Part shown: one piece after another, positions 14,142-25,460 of the stretch | Position numbering within the stretch: the first letter of the stretch is position 1 | Layout of the letters: the number at the start of each line of letters is the position of its first letter | NCBI GenBank assembly: GCA_035084275.1 | Contig: CM068742.1 | Location: 55,366,001 to 55,430,000 of the forward strand | Reading direction: 5' to 3' | Length of the DNA: 64,000 nucleotides | Source: Hydrolagus colliei | Taxonomy: Eukaryota | Position numbers and translations under genes: made by a program | Notes under the pieces: generated by a model | Told to the model about the DNA's origin: nothing | Database searches by the model: none | What the model saw: the letters and a program-made list of their open reading frames with translations, nothing else

Positions 14142-14810
14142 CAGGTAAACTCACATAAGTCATATCAGTCAGTACTATAGGATTTAATATGACTTACAAC
14201 ATAGTATGCGGTACAAGTAAACTTGCTAAGTCGGATAGTATAGGAATTTATAAGACTAACACTGATGCCATGATGATGGATCAAGACTTTGTTGGGAACA
14301 GGATTGGTGAAGGGCGGGGATGGTTAGAAGGGTGTCCAAAGGCATGGTGGAAGAGGAGGATCTTGAGGTGTGCCTTGCAGGAAGCAAGGGAGGGAGTGAG
14401 GCGAAGGGAATGTCAGATGGAGTTCCAGAGGGTAGGGGTGGAGAGGCTGAAGGCCCAAGCAACGATGGTGAGATGGGGCGAAGTGAATGGACAGGTTGAT
14501 AGGAGGTTAGCAGGTCAAAGAGGTAGAAGGGATCAAGGCCACGGAAGCCTCCAAACGTGAGGATGAGAATTTTTAACTTGATCCTCTGAGGAATACGAAG
14601 CCAGCGGTGCATAATTGAGATTTGAAGAGGATTTAGGATTATTTGGGACCAAGAAATAATTATGATTTAGCCATATATCCAACGTATAAAATACGACCAG
14701 TGCAAAGAAATCTAATGGTCCTTTGGTAGGAAACTGAATGGGACTCGGGTGCATGTAAGTCTTACGCGATTATACAATTTATAAAGAGACAACTTGTGCG
14801 AGTTTTACTG
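14142..14810. mobile_element. Tigger/pogo-like non-autonomous DNA transposon with nested L2 fragment
   Basis: TA|CAGGTAAACTCACATAAGT ... ACTTGTGCGAGTTTTACTG|TA; imperfect TIR (15/19) with TA on both sides. Confidence 0.55.
14270..14615 (-). mobile_element. L2-clade LINE ORF2 C-terminal/3' fragment
   Basis: ORF 14256..14612 reads RWLRIPQRIKLKILILTF...LDPFYLFDLLTSYQPVHSLR, like the L2 'HWLP..RI.FKIL.LT(F/Y)K.L.GLAP.YL..LL..Y.P.R.LR' motif. Confidence 0.8.
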
Positions 14811-16369
14811 TATTATTAAGTAACAAAATTGATAAGCCAAAATTCATACACAGAGGATACACATTGGGGACTAGTGGTTTATGACTGCACCACAAGTCTC
14901 ACATTTAGCAAAAATCAAACATGCATATTTACATAATTCACATGGTTGATCAACGAATTGTGGAAAATTAATGATCAATGAGTTAGCACACTGTCCTTTA
15001 AAATTGGATCTTGTGTACAATTGAATACAACTCAAGTGTCTTATGCTGTAAGTAGTTTCTACTGTTGGTTGTAAACGTCCTAGATAAAATCAGTTTGAGT
15101 CGGCCAAAATTGTATAAAAGTCTTGACGAGAGACAAAATGGCCTAAATTGACAACTCACTCCTTAAGCCATTATAATTATTCAGCACCTTGGGACATCCT
15201 TCCAACCTGAAAGGCGCTAGACACAACTGTTATTTATTTCTTTGTTGTCTGAAATGGAAATGTTGTCTTAATGCTCTTCTGAAGAAGAGACTAAAATATA
15301 TTGCTGGGACAGAGTGTTACGCTGAAGATATTTGTGCTATACTTGACCTAGAGTTCATTCAAAAGATTTTAAGGACATAGATATGCAATAACTAAGACTC
15401 AAGTGAGACACAAAGAGGCTTCCTTTCTTCTCCCCTGCCAATTCACGCCACAATAAGTATCTGGAAATGAAGGTTATAGGCTAGCTACAGACCAAAATGA
15501 AAAATACTGCATTTAAAATTTCTTATATACTGTATATCTATATTATTTTTAATCTGATTTCAGATTAGTACACTGTGAATGCACTCTGCAACTCTGACAG
15601 GTGTATTGTGCTAGTTGAGCAAACCGTGTGTAAATGAATATATACAGAAAGAATTCCCAGTGCCTTTAATAATGTAATTATCAACTGATGAAAAGCACCA
15701 CAGAAACTATAACCTTGGTTAATTATGGGAAACTGGAATTCTTTGCCACACAAAAGGTTTACACAGAGTTTACACAACTCACATAAAAGACCTACTATCT
15801 CTACACTGGTGAGAACACATGCATCAATAATTATGATATGGAATGAGATAATCAAAGACTGCAGAGTGATATGTATGGTGATCTCATGTAAAGCAGTCTA
15901 GCACTGGGGGAAAACAGATATAGTATAAATCAATTTAATCTTGTCAAAACAATTTTGTGCATTAACGTATCAAAATAGAAAAAGCACATACCAGGAGCAT
16001 GTATTTTAATGAAATATTAAATTCCTCTCCTGAAGGTTTGAGGAGAAAATCTGCTGAAATTTGGTTCAGTGACAGCAAAAAATACATTGCTCTTTCAGGA
16101 AACCGTCAATAACTGCACTTAAACACTGCTCAAGCATGGTAAATTAACTGTGTTGTGAATTCTGTGCTCATTTAAATGATAATACACAGTAATGGACATT
16201 TCCTCTTTGTCTCTGTGATAGCACACAGCACTCGCAGGTCTTGAATAGCACTGGTTAGTGTAGTTTCAGCTCCTTTTATAAAGTCCGAACAATGTCCTTA
16301 AATTCAACCTGAGAAGGGCACCTCTAGAACAATAATGTGAAACGTTCCTTTTGTATGCCAGCCATCCTT

Positions 16370-16590
16370 ATCAGCCTCGAGGAGTGAGATTGCTCAACTC
16401 GTGCCAAATGAAGGATGGCTTTATATTCTGGACTCATGCCAGCTAGGAACTAGTTTGAACCTGCTGTGACCCATTTCACTTGGAACTCTTAACTGCCATT
16501 AGACAGGATACAGTACTCTGATCCATCTTGTCTCAGTTGGATTAGAACCAAGGTCTAAAGTAAAATAAAGCAGTGGTCTAGCTGGCTATT
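16370..16590 (-). mobile_element. LF-SINE-like ancient SINE
   Basis: Reverse strand gtgaaatggg...cagg...tagttcctagctggcatgagtccag...atttggcacgagttgagcaatctcactc resembles the recalled LF-SINE body; tRNA-like head near 16550-16590. Confidence 0.55.
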
Positions 16591-17012
16591 TTATCAGTTC
16601 ACAAAGTCTGTCTTTCTCATGTGAATTTCCTGTATTTCTTCATAAATTACCAATCGGGATATTGTAATCTAGGAGATTTTTTTGACATATTTTGTTGTCT
16701 GACTTAAAATGATTATTTGGAGCCTTCCCATTATTTATGTTTGGACTAATTTGCTAATGCCCATTTGTATGCCAAACCATTAGTGTCAATGTGGTGGGAG
16801 GTTTTCCATTGTACCAATGGCAAATCAATTGGGCGACCTCTCAAGATTGTTGCTGTGGATGGACTATAGAACCATTACATCAGTGCTAAGGGAACTTAAA
16901 CATACAGTTTAACAAGCCCAGGGCCCCAAATTCTTCACAGTCAATGTTATCTGTTTGGATGCACTATTACCATCAAAACTCTATCAACATTATATTGCCA
17001 TCCTATTCTTAC

Positions 17013-17223
17013 CTTGCAGAGGATGTGACTGTTGAGACTGCAGTTGCACCTTCTTTTTGGAGATGCCTTTGTCTTTAGTACTAGTTTTGTGGTCATTTGA
17101 TTTAGACTGAGGGTCATCACTTGCAGTCAAGTACTTGAGCAATTCTGTGCATGGGCGACGCTGCGCCTGGGATTTCTGTTGTTGGCAAATGTTCCTCAGC
17201 TTATTACTCGACGTAGCCTCAGT
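17013..17223 (-). CDS. PPARGC1A: PGC-1alpha exon 5: TEATSSNKLRNICQQQKSQAQRRPCTELLKYLTASDDP...SHPLQ (L3 LLKYL motif)
   Basis: tgtaag|ACT ... CAA G|gtaag; 211 nt, phase 0/1. The VK|TE SUMO consensus spans the exon 4/5 junction. Confidence 0.95.
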
Positions 17224-18575
17224 CTTACAAATACATAATGAAACATCAATGTTAGTAAACATTAACATTAGTAAAAGCGTTTAACACAATCTATTCAGCA
17301 CATTAGCTCTTCCCGTTTGAACAAAGAAAGGTACCGCTTTCAAGGTTAGGTAGTTGCATGTGTTCTTTTGCTTATACAATGGGACAGCAACAAAAAATAA
17401 AGACAATTGTAGCAAGACCAGAGGGGCATCTTTCTAATAGGTTGGTAAAGGTCACATTGTTAAATAATCTTATTTTATGCAGAACATAATAGAGTATTAG
17501 GGTGCAAACGCTAGGACGCTGGATAAATTTAGAAAGCAGCTGATGTTGTACTGGTAAAATAGTACAGTGAATATTATGCTGGTATGAGATCAAATGGGCC
17601 AAAAGGCCTTCTTCATCCAAGCTTTTATTGTGATATGTCATGTGCTATCTCTTCTATGTGCTACATCAATGAGAGGGTAAGAACTAAATGAATTTGGTGG
17701 CTCAATGTTAACAAATGTTTTCATTGTGCGCACCTGCAACTTTACTGACCAGTGGAATTTTATTCCCCAGATGTCTCAACAAATGAATGCTGGAAGCTGC
17801 TAGGCACACAGCTTCATAAGCAAAAAGGGCTTGGTGTTTGAGCCAAGACATCCAATATTTGTCAACTAAGTATAAGTGTCACAATATTGTATTTTGAGAC
17901 AACTTTCCATCGTCGTATTGTGTGTGTGCAAATAAGAAGTCGCTCAAACTATTTTTAAAAAAAGAAGGTGGTGTCATTTTAAGAAAGATGACTACACTGT
18001 GATATCCACTGCAGCATTCCTTGGTTTCCATTTTGAAGATAACACTTACCGAGAAAAATTCAGGCATTTGGCTACATTTTCCATCAATACCCCAGTGGAT
18101 ACCCTGCAGAAAATCTAGCTCAATGTCTTTTGAATTCTGTTTAATTTGTTGTTTTTTCTGCAACCTGTTAAGTATCCAGCATTCACTACAATTGTTTCTC
18201 TATGGTATAATATTGACTTTAGACACAATACCAGCAGCTGATTACAATGTCACTCTACAATGGTATTTCACTGATACTTATACTTTTCATGATTATAATG
18301 TTAATTAACTCAGTCTAAATGCTAAGTATGTCACGGATGCTCAGTTCAGATGCTGCTGGGAATCTATACGCTCTTGCTGAATCATTGTTATGTATAGAAT
18401 TAAAATAAGTAATCCTCACGGCTTTCTTGGAAACCAAAGTCAATAATCCATCAGGATTTTCACTCACTCCAGAATACCAAGTTCATTAGAGGGTCCACAA
18501 CTACTTACATCCTTTAAAGGATAAAATATTCTTTTCTAACCAAGGCATAAAGTTCTCATATAATATAAAGTGTAC

Positions 18576-18698
18576 CTTGACAACAGCAGTGTTTGGTCTA
18601 ATCTTGTTACTATTGGTCACATGGGTCCGCATGCTGCCTCCGTGGCATTCGTTGTAGATAAACTGTGAATTAGCTGGAGCTAACAAGAGCTTCTTCAG
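18576..18698 (-). CDS. PPARGC1A: PGC-1alpha exon 4: LKKLLLAPANSQFIYNECHGGSMRTHVTNSNKIRPNTAVVK (L2 LXXLL nuclear-receptor box)
   Basis: ctgtag|CTG ... AAG|gtaca; 123 nt; overlaps ORF 18501..18686. Confidence 0.96.
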
Positions 18699-19135
18699 CT
18701 ACAGAAATGCAACCAAGGAAAGTGTGGGGGGGAAACAGGGGGGGGCAGTGGGGAGAATGAGGAAGAGAAATATTAAAATGAACTGTAAGAGAACAAACAA
18801 TCTACTTTTAAATGCACGTCTTTGATAACAGTATTTCACATTCAAACTCGACAAATCTGCCGATTTAAAACTTACATTTTTAAACAACAAAATCAGAGAA
18901 CAGTTTACTTTTTTAAGAAAAGCACACTACACACACACATCATTGGAAGTGGTTACCTTTAGAATTCTCAAATCACTGCAGCATCGTTCCTACAATGCTG
19001 TAATCTCCGTTTAAATTTTTACTTTCTCGGTGGAATTTATTTAAAAATCCAAACTTTATTTTGATTACATCATACCCATGCAGCAGGTAGCCAGAGGCTC
19101 ATCCATATCTTGTAAACAGTAGGAAGGATTCTTAC

Positions 19136-19330
19136 TAGAGACGGCTCTTCAGCCTCTGGGGTTGGAGGGGTGCAGTCAGACACTGAGGGAGGGCTGGGAT
19201 CGTTGACATTGGTCACATCCCCATCTGTCAGTGCATCAAATGAAGGCAATCCATCCTCATCCACTGGGATACTGTCCAGAGTCTCCGTGAGGGCAGCTAG
19301 CAAATTAGCTTCATTTTCTTCGTCTATCTT
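19136..19330 (-). CDS. PPARGC1A: PGC-1alpha exon 3: KIDEENEANLLAALTETLDSIPVDEDGLPSFDALTDGDV...EAEEPSL (L1 motif)
   Basis: cccccag|AAG ... CTA|gtaag; 195 nt; overlaps ORF 19070..19303. Confidence 0.97.
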
Positions 19331-19436
19331 CTGGGGGGGAAATAAACGGATGATGTAAAGGCGCTATATAAGTATAATTTTGTTGTTGTTAATTTTTACT
19401 GCAGGAAAATGAATCTGTGGGGGAAAATAAATAAAA

Positions 19437-19706
19437 TAATGAATAATAATAATCCTTGCATTTTAATATCGCGCTTTTCATGTCTTCTAGACTTCTCAAA
19501 GCACTTTCCAGAATATACTGTAAAGTGAATTGACTGCTGTGGGTGAAATGCGGCAGCCAATTTGCATGCAGTACTGTGCCACAAACAGTTAGGATTATTA
19601 ACTGGTGTGTGGAGTAAGGGAACTTGCCCAAGGTTTTGCCCTGCTGGGTATCGAACCCAGGTCTCACTTGCAAGATGAGTGCTCTAATCACTGAGCTACA
19701 GACCTC
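19437..19706 (-). mobile_element. tRNA-derived SINE (abundant family, SINE2-1_CM-like)
   Basis: Reverse complement of the family at 33636 and 42543: A box tagctcagtg, B box ggttcgatacc, tail cagtcaattcactttacagtatattctg...tgcaaggattattatt. Confidence 0.85.
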
Positions 19707-19959
19707 AGAATAATAATCCTTGCATTTGATAGCCCCTTTTACCCCACTCTATAGAAGTCAAAGCTCTCTCACACATCTACTACTAATACCCTGCGTAAAG
19801 ATAATGGAAGAGATTAAAGGGTGAAGCTTCAACGTTTAGTAGGAGGGGAGTCCAACAACAAAATTACATTTTTAAAGTTTTTTAGAGTGCCTTTCATTTC
19901 GGGAGGACGTGCCAAGGTGCTGGACTGTCAGGTCGGGACTCGAACAAGGAGGACCCGAG

Positions 19960-20515
19960 CAAGGGGGACCCAAAAAGCAAGAGACCTTGGTTAAATTCCA
20001 GGCAGGATGGGCAATTTTCGTTACTCCTTACTCAATATTGCTAATAATAATCCCTCAAGAAAAACAAATAATAATTTGGTCACTTCAATCCACGACTATT
20101 TGTGGGACACTGCTGTGAGTAATTAGCTGCTGTGTACCGCCCACAAATGTAGTCAATTCACTTTACAGTATCAAAAATGCAAAGTACTGTAGATGCTGGA
20201 AATCTGAAGCTAAAACAGAAATCACTGGGAACACTCAGCAGGTCAGGCATCTATGGAGCATCTATGGGGAAAGGAAAAGTGAGTCGACGTTTCGGGTCCA
20301 CGACCATTCGTCAGAAACTTCATCAGTTCCGATGAAGGATTTTGGATCCGAAACGTTGGCTCACTTTTCCTTTCTCCATAGATGCTGCCTGACCTTCTGA
20401 TTGTTCCAGCGATTTCTGTTTTTGTTTCACTTTACAGTATATTCTGTGAAGCGCTTTGAGATGTCTAGAAAATGTGAAAAGTGCTCGATCAAATGCCAGT
20501 ATTATTGTTATTAGT
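19960..20515 (+). mobile_element. Same tRNA-derived SINE, interrupted by a palindromic insert
   Basis: SINE body and tail flank 20172-20425; ttcactttacagtat is duplicated at 20157-20171 and 20426-20440. Confidence 0.8.
20172..20425. mobile_element. Palindromic Penelope-like terminal-repeat element with two minimal hammerhead-like cores
   Basis: Arms ~20210-20314 and ~20329-20425 are reverse complements. CTGACGA..GGTC/GACC..GAAACGTC on minus, CCGATGA..GGAT/ATCC..GAAACGTT on plus; 15-bp TSD. Confidence 0.7.
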
Positions 20516-21274
20516 AGTACTGCAGTACAGTTGCCAACATTGCCGGTGTCCACTAAGGATAAGAAGATCCTATTCAGTGCTCTACTTTACTGAGCAGTGG
20601 AATTATGTGTCCAGTGAGGGGGCATGAGAAATATAGAAATAATAATGCCATACCCCACTTCCCCCACAAGTCCAATAATGGGACATGGGTGTAAAATTAA
20701 ACAAAATAAGATTAGTGGGTACGTCGTGGGTACTACTGTTACGTAAACAGACGGTAGCAAGCCATCATACTGCAAAGTAAATTGTCCGGAACATTTCCTT
20801 AAGCACAGAATATAAACTAAACCAAATGGATCGAAAGTCCATTTTTCAATACAATTTTCAGATGAATATGAAAGATTCTGTCAAAATCAACTGTTTAATA
20901 GGTTACCCCCAAAGTGTAGGAGTCTTAAAAAGTGAACAGTGACTGTTTATTCTCTAAAGGGATTTATGTTATCAAATCACTCATCTTTCAGGTTGTCCTT
21001 GCTTGTATAAATATTGTGAAGCTTTCTAAAAAGATATTATATCTTCTATTATCTGTAGATAACGTGGAATTTGCTTTAATCTGGCATTCATCTGCAGTAA
21101 AAAGAAAACTGAACGTGATTATAATTTGATCACAATGTAAGCCATTCATGAATGGAGCCTAATTAGCAGAACAATTTTCTTTTTGAAGCCTAATAAAGAA
21201 AAATATAAATGCATAACATTAGTCAAAGGTACTTGCTGCCATGTATATAGTGTTATTCCCCCAATTCTTTCCCT

Positions 21275-21560
21275 AAGGCAGTGAGTAAGTCATCCTGTAG
21301 TATAGTTCTTTTTGTATTTGCAATCCGTTGGGATGTTGCCCAGGTGGCCATTCTTCACGTGTGAGAATAACCATTGAACGATAGCAAGCTAATTGGCCAT
21401 AAGGGGCATTGTGTTCAAGCCTGATCCTGTCCTCATTGACATCTATACGCACGCACTTTCCAGCAGGAGTCACTAAACAGCAATCAGGAACAGGATCCAT
21501 GGTTGAATTTTCCCCTAGCCCAGGGACACAGCTAACTGATATGTGGCTTTGTTCCATATT
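21275..21560 (-). mobile_element. Ancient SINE-like repeat (family name uncertain); related plus-strand fragment at ~26955-27085
   Basis: ggccattcttcacgtgtgag...ctgatcctgtcctc...gcactttccagcagg is the reverse complement of degenerate gaggaggatcagg...cacacatgaaaaatgac at ~27 kb. Confidence 0.5.
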
Positions 21561-24500
21561 CAGCAATGAATTTAACCAACGAACCATCGTATATTTGGAA
21601 GATGAATAGAGAACAAAAATATATCCCAAGTGGTAAAAGTCCCAATGGAATGCAGGAACAAAGGATTCTAGGGATGTAAATACATAGAATGTTAAAGGTG
21701 AGATTACAGCTCGAGCAGGCCATTTAGGCACATGCAGAGGAAGGGCACGAGAGTGTACCAGGAAAGAGATTTGGGATTAGGAAGAATAGCTTAATTGAGC
21801 AGCAAATGCAGACCCTAATAAAAGTTAACTTGTGTCCGACTCTCTTGTGGATTTCTTTGATTCTATGGAACCATTTTTATTTGCACTAATTAAAAAATGT
21901 GTCCACACTAGAATTAAATAGTGAAATAATGAGGATTCTTCACCCCAAAAATTGACAAAATGTAAAATCTAGAAACTGACAAAACATAAGTAAAAAGCTT
22001 TCAGCAAGATGCATTACAAGACGTTACAAACAGATGTACCATGGGTGGATTTCAGAAGGTCTTTGATGTGCAAAGTCCTTACATCTAAGATGTACTTCAG
22101 TCCAGAAACTACATTTAGTCATTAATCGATTATTAATCCAAGGATTACAAAGATCACATGCATGCTGAAGGCAGGCATTTGTAAGGATAAACATGGACTA
22201 GATGTGACATGATTTGGGTAGATTCTACATTAGATCCTCATTGGTTTGATTTGAGGAACTAAGTGTCTTTAATCTATAAAAAGATCATTTTGACACTACA
22301 CATGATTTTATCAAAGAATAGGATCAATTATATTGCATGAATAATAAATGATTGGTGTGAGTTTACAATGACACCAGACGATTGCTGATAGGCAGCCAAA
22401 TTCAGAATATCATTCTGTAATTGGTGATATCCAATCTTCCATTTCCTAGATCTGGATGTTCAAATGAAAAAAAGATGAGCCCTTGCGATCTCTCATCCCG
22501 GAGCTTTTTGAGGAAGGTTGAAAAAACAACATGAAAAGGCATAAAAAAAACCCCGCCTCTCCAAAACTTTAATACCCCCCATAAAATATGGAGATGTATT
22601 CCTGTGTGTTGGACATTGTATACATGCAAGCTGTTGTTGTAAACACGGACTAAAACATTCTTGGGATTCTGAGATAGTTGATAATAAGTCCAGATAATTT
22701 GAAATATATTTTAAAAAGCTGGTAAATTGAAGGTGGAAGGAAAAACTGATGAGGTAAAAAGTATAATTACACTACAATTAAAACTAGATTGCAGATGAAT
22801 TGGGGGTGGGAGCAGAAAGGAGGTCTTTTCCTCCAAGTTTCAATAAGATTAAGGACCTGTGAATTCTATTTTAATTAAACTCTATTTGCATAGAGGATAT
22901 GATATCTCTAATATTAAAACAGTTAAAACAAAAAGTATACACCATTAAATTATTTTATCCTTCGTAATGAAAAATTTGGAAATTTGGAACGGATTGATCA
23001 TTTTGAACCTTTCTCTATTTACTCAAACAAAAGTTGAGCAAATAGAATGTACCAGGAATCGTCATTTCACTTCCCTCATGACGTCTACTTATAGATCTCT
23101 CACAAACAGGGTCAAAATAGGTAGTTAATTAATCGTAGCTTTATCTATTTGACCTTTGTAATGTAAGACACAAAACAGTTCAGAACAAAACAGAATATTG
23201 GCACATCTGGTTTATTGCCTCATACTCTGGTGGCTGGTGAGGGATTCAAGGTTAGAAGCATTTTGGAACAGTGGTAGTTTTTTAAAAAAAATAGAGAACA
23301 GTGTTACTTCTTAATGGACAATCAAAGTGATTGGGGGGAGATTTGTTGATTTAATTTATATCTTTCAGGAACCTTTGAAAAGTATATGAAAAAAAGTTTT
23401 TTTTTAAAAAAGGCTAGTTTTGCATTACATTTGGATTAATGTGGAATTTAAGTTATGATCACGATCAAATTTTACAGGTCATCATTAAAATAGAGCCTGT
23501 AAATGCATGGACAGTTAATACTTTTAATGGAAATAGATGTTAAGAGAAATACTCTGTAGGCTAAACTGTACAACAAACAAACAAAAATTACACTTGTAAA
23601 GCATCTTTCATGTTAGGAGTCCCAAAATGACTATGCAAACTTAGACCACACATACATAAATTTCCAAGATGAAAATATTAATATAAATATACCTAACACT
23701 CACAATTCCATCATCATACACTTCAGATCATAGAAAAGAATGGAGCCTACGAATACAATAGAAATGCATATGCAAAGAAAAACAAATGACAAATTAATCT
23801 ACTTGGCATGAGTGGTGCCATTTTCTTAGTGAATATGGTGTTTGACTTAGCCCAACATTCAGATATTTTCCAATAAATCTTGATTGTCTCAATTGAGCCA
23901 GATCAGATGCAGCAATTCCCCCTTATCTGTATCAATCCTTTCCTACCTTGTCTTCAAAAGCGGAAATTGGAACTTGATTCCATTAAGTGCACAAATCAAT
24001 GGAGCAAAATAATAAAAGGGAGCAGGATTCAAAAGTAAATTATCCAACTCAATTCCCTTGCTCTGTTGTTTAGATCCATATTCAGGACTCCAAGAGACTA
24101 TTTCATCTTGCTCTTTCCTTGTCATTTAAGCGCTTTGGGACGTTGATAAAAATTTAAAAAAATGTGGAAAGCGCTATATCAAATGCAAGGATTATTATTA
24201 TTATTATTCACTCCATGCCTCCTTGCTTCTTGTGGCATTGGGCAGCGCTCCAAACATTCACTCTGCTAGCCAATAATCTGTGTCATATATCTGTGATGTA
24301 GTAACTTTTTGAAGCATATTAGAATTTTTTTAAATGTAACTGTTTTTCCTTTCTTTGCAACTCAAGACCAGTATAATTGGAACCACATAGTTTAACGTGA
24401 AAGGCACGTTTTGTTGTAATTTTGTTGTTGTTGTTAACCAGTACAAAACACAGTTAAGTTACATGATACAGTAGTGGTTTACTTAAACAAATTTGAGTTA

Positions 24501-25029
24501 CATTTCTAAACTGCTGAGGGCACTGAGCATGGTAACAAGTGAATAGGTAATAGAACAGTCAGCATGTCGCTTAATATGAGCAAGTGGAGGAACATCTTGA
24601 GCTGGATACTCTACCGATAACTCTGTGCTGTGCTACGTTAATGAGAGTTCATTAAAAGAGAATCCCTTTGTCGTGCTGGGAGCTCCTGGCTGTGAGTCTA
24701 TGCGACATGTAGCTCTACGCATTCTTAAATTTAATTCTGCCTACTCATTAAACATGCCATAACTCTATTTGAAAAAAAAAGAGATTTTCTCCTGGTCTCC
24801 TGGCCAACGATTGTCTGGGATAAAATTGTTCATTGACTTCTTGGTTGTTTTGCGGGACATTGTTGTGCTCCATTGTTGTGTCCCAGGCATCTACAAAATA
24901 TAGTCACTACAGTTTATGTTCAATTCTGTGAAGTGCTTTGAGAAATCATCCAGACGTGAAAGCCGGTGCTGTATTAAATGCAAGGATTATTTTTATAATT
25001 GTTATTGAGGGCTGTCCTAGATTTTTTAT

Positions 25030-25460
25030 TACAACAATAAATTGCATTTGTATACCATCCTCCATGTCAGGAGGATGTCCCAAGGTGCAGCAGTCAAGGA
25101 TTTGCACACCAGCTGGATGATGGGATCAGGAAGGGTGGAGGCCATGGAGGGTGGAGGGCAGGGAGGGTGGGAGTAGAAGGGTAGCGAAAAGCATGGTAGA
25201 AGAGGAGAGTTTCGAGACAAGTTTTAAAGAAAGCAAGGGAAGAGGCGAAGAGATTGTGGGATGGAGTTCAGAGGGATAGAAAGATTGAAGGTCAGATCGC
25301 AGATGGTGGGGCAAGCAGAGCAGAGGACATGGAACAAACTGGAGCACGCTCCGCAGAGAGATCGGTATGGAATTGGCAGAAGTAGGGAGGAGCAAGGCCA
25401 TGGAGGGTTTTGAAAGTGAGGACTTGGAACTCTATCTTCTGGGATAGAGGATAACTACCA
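25030..25460 (-). mobile_element. L2-clade LINE 3' fragment
   Basis: ORF 25292..25495 contains PLSQKIEFQVLTFKTLHGLAPPY; ends in the gacatcctcctgacatgga...atacaaatgcaattt tail. Confidence 0.75.
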
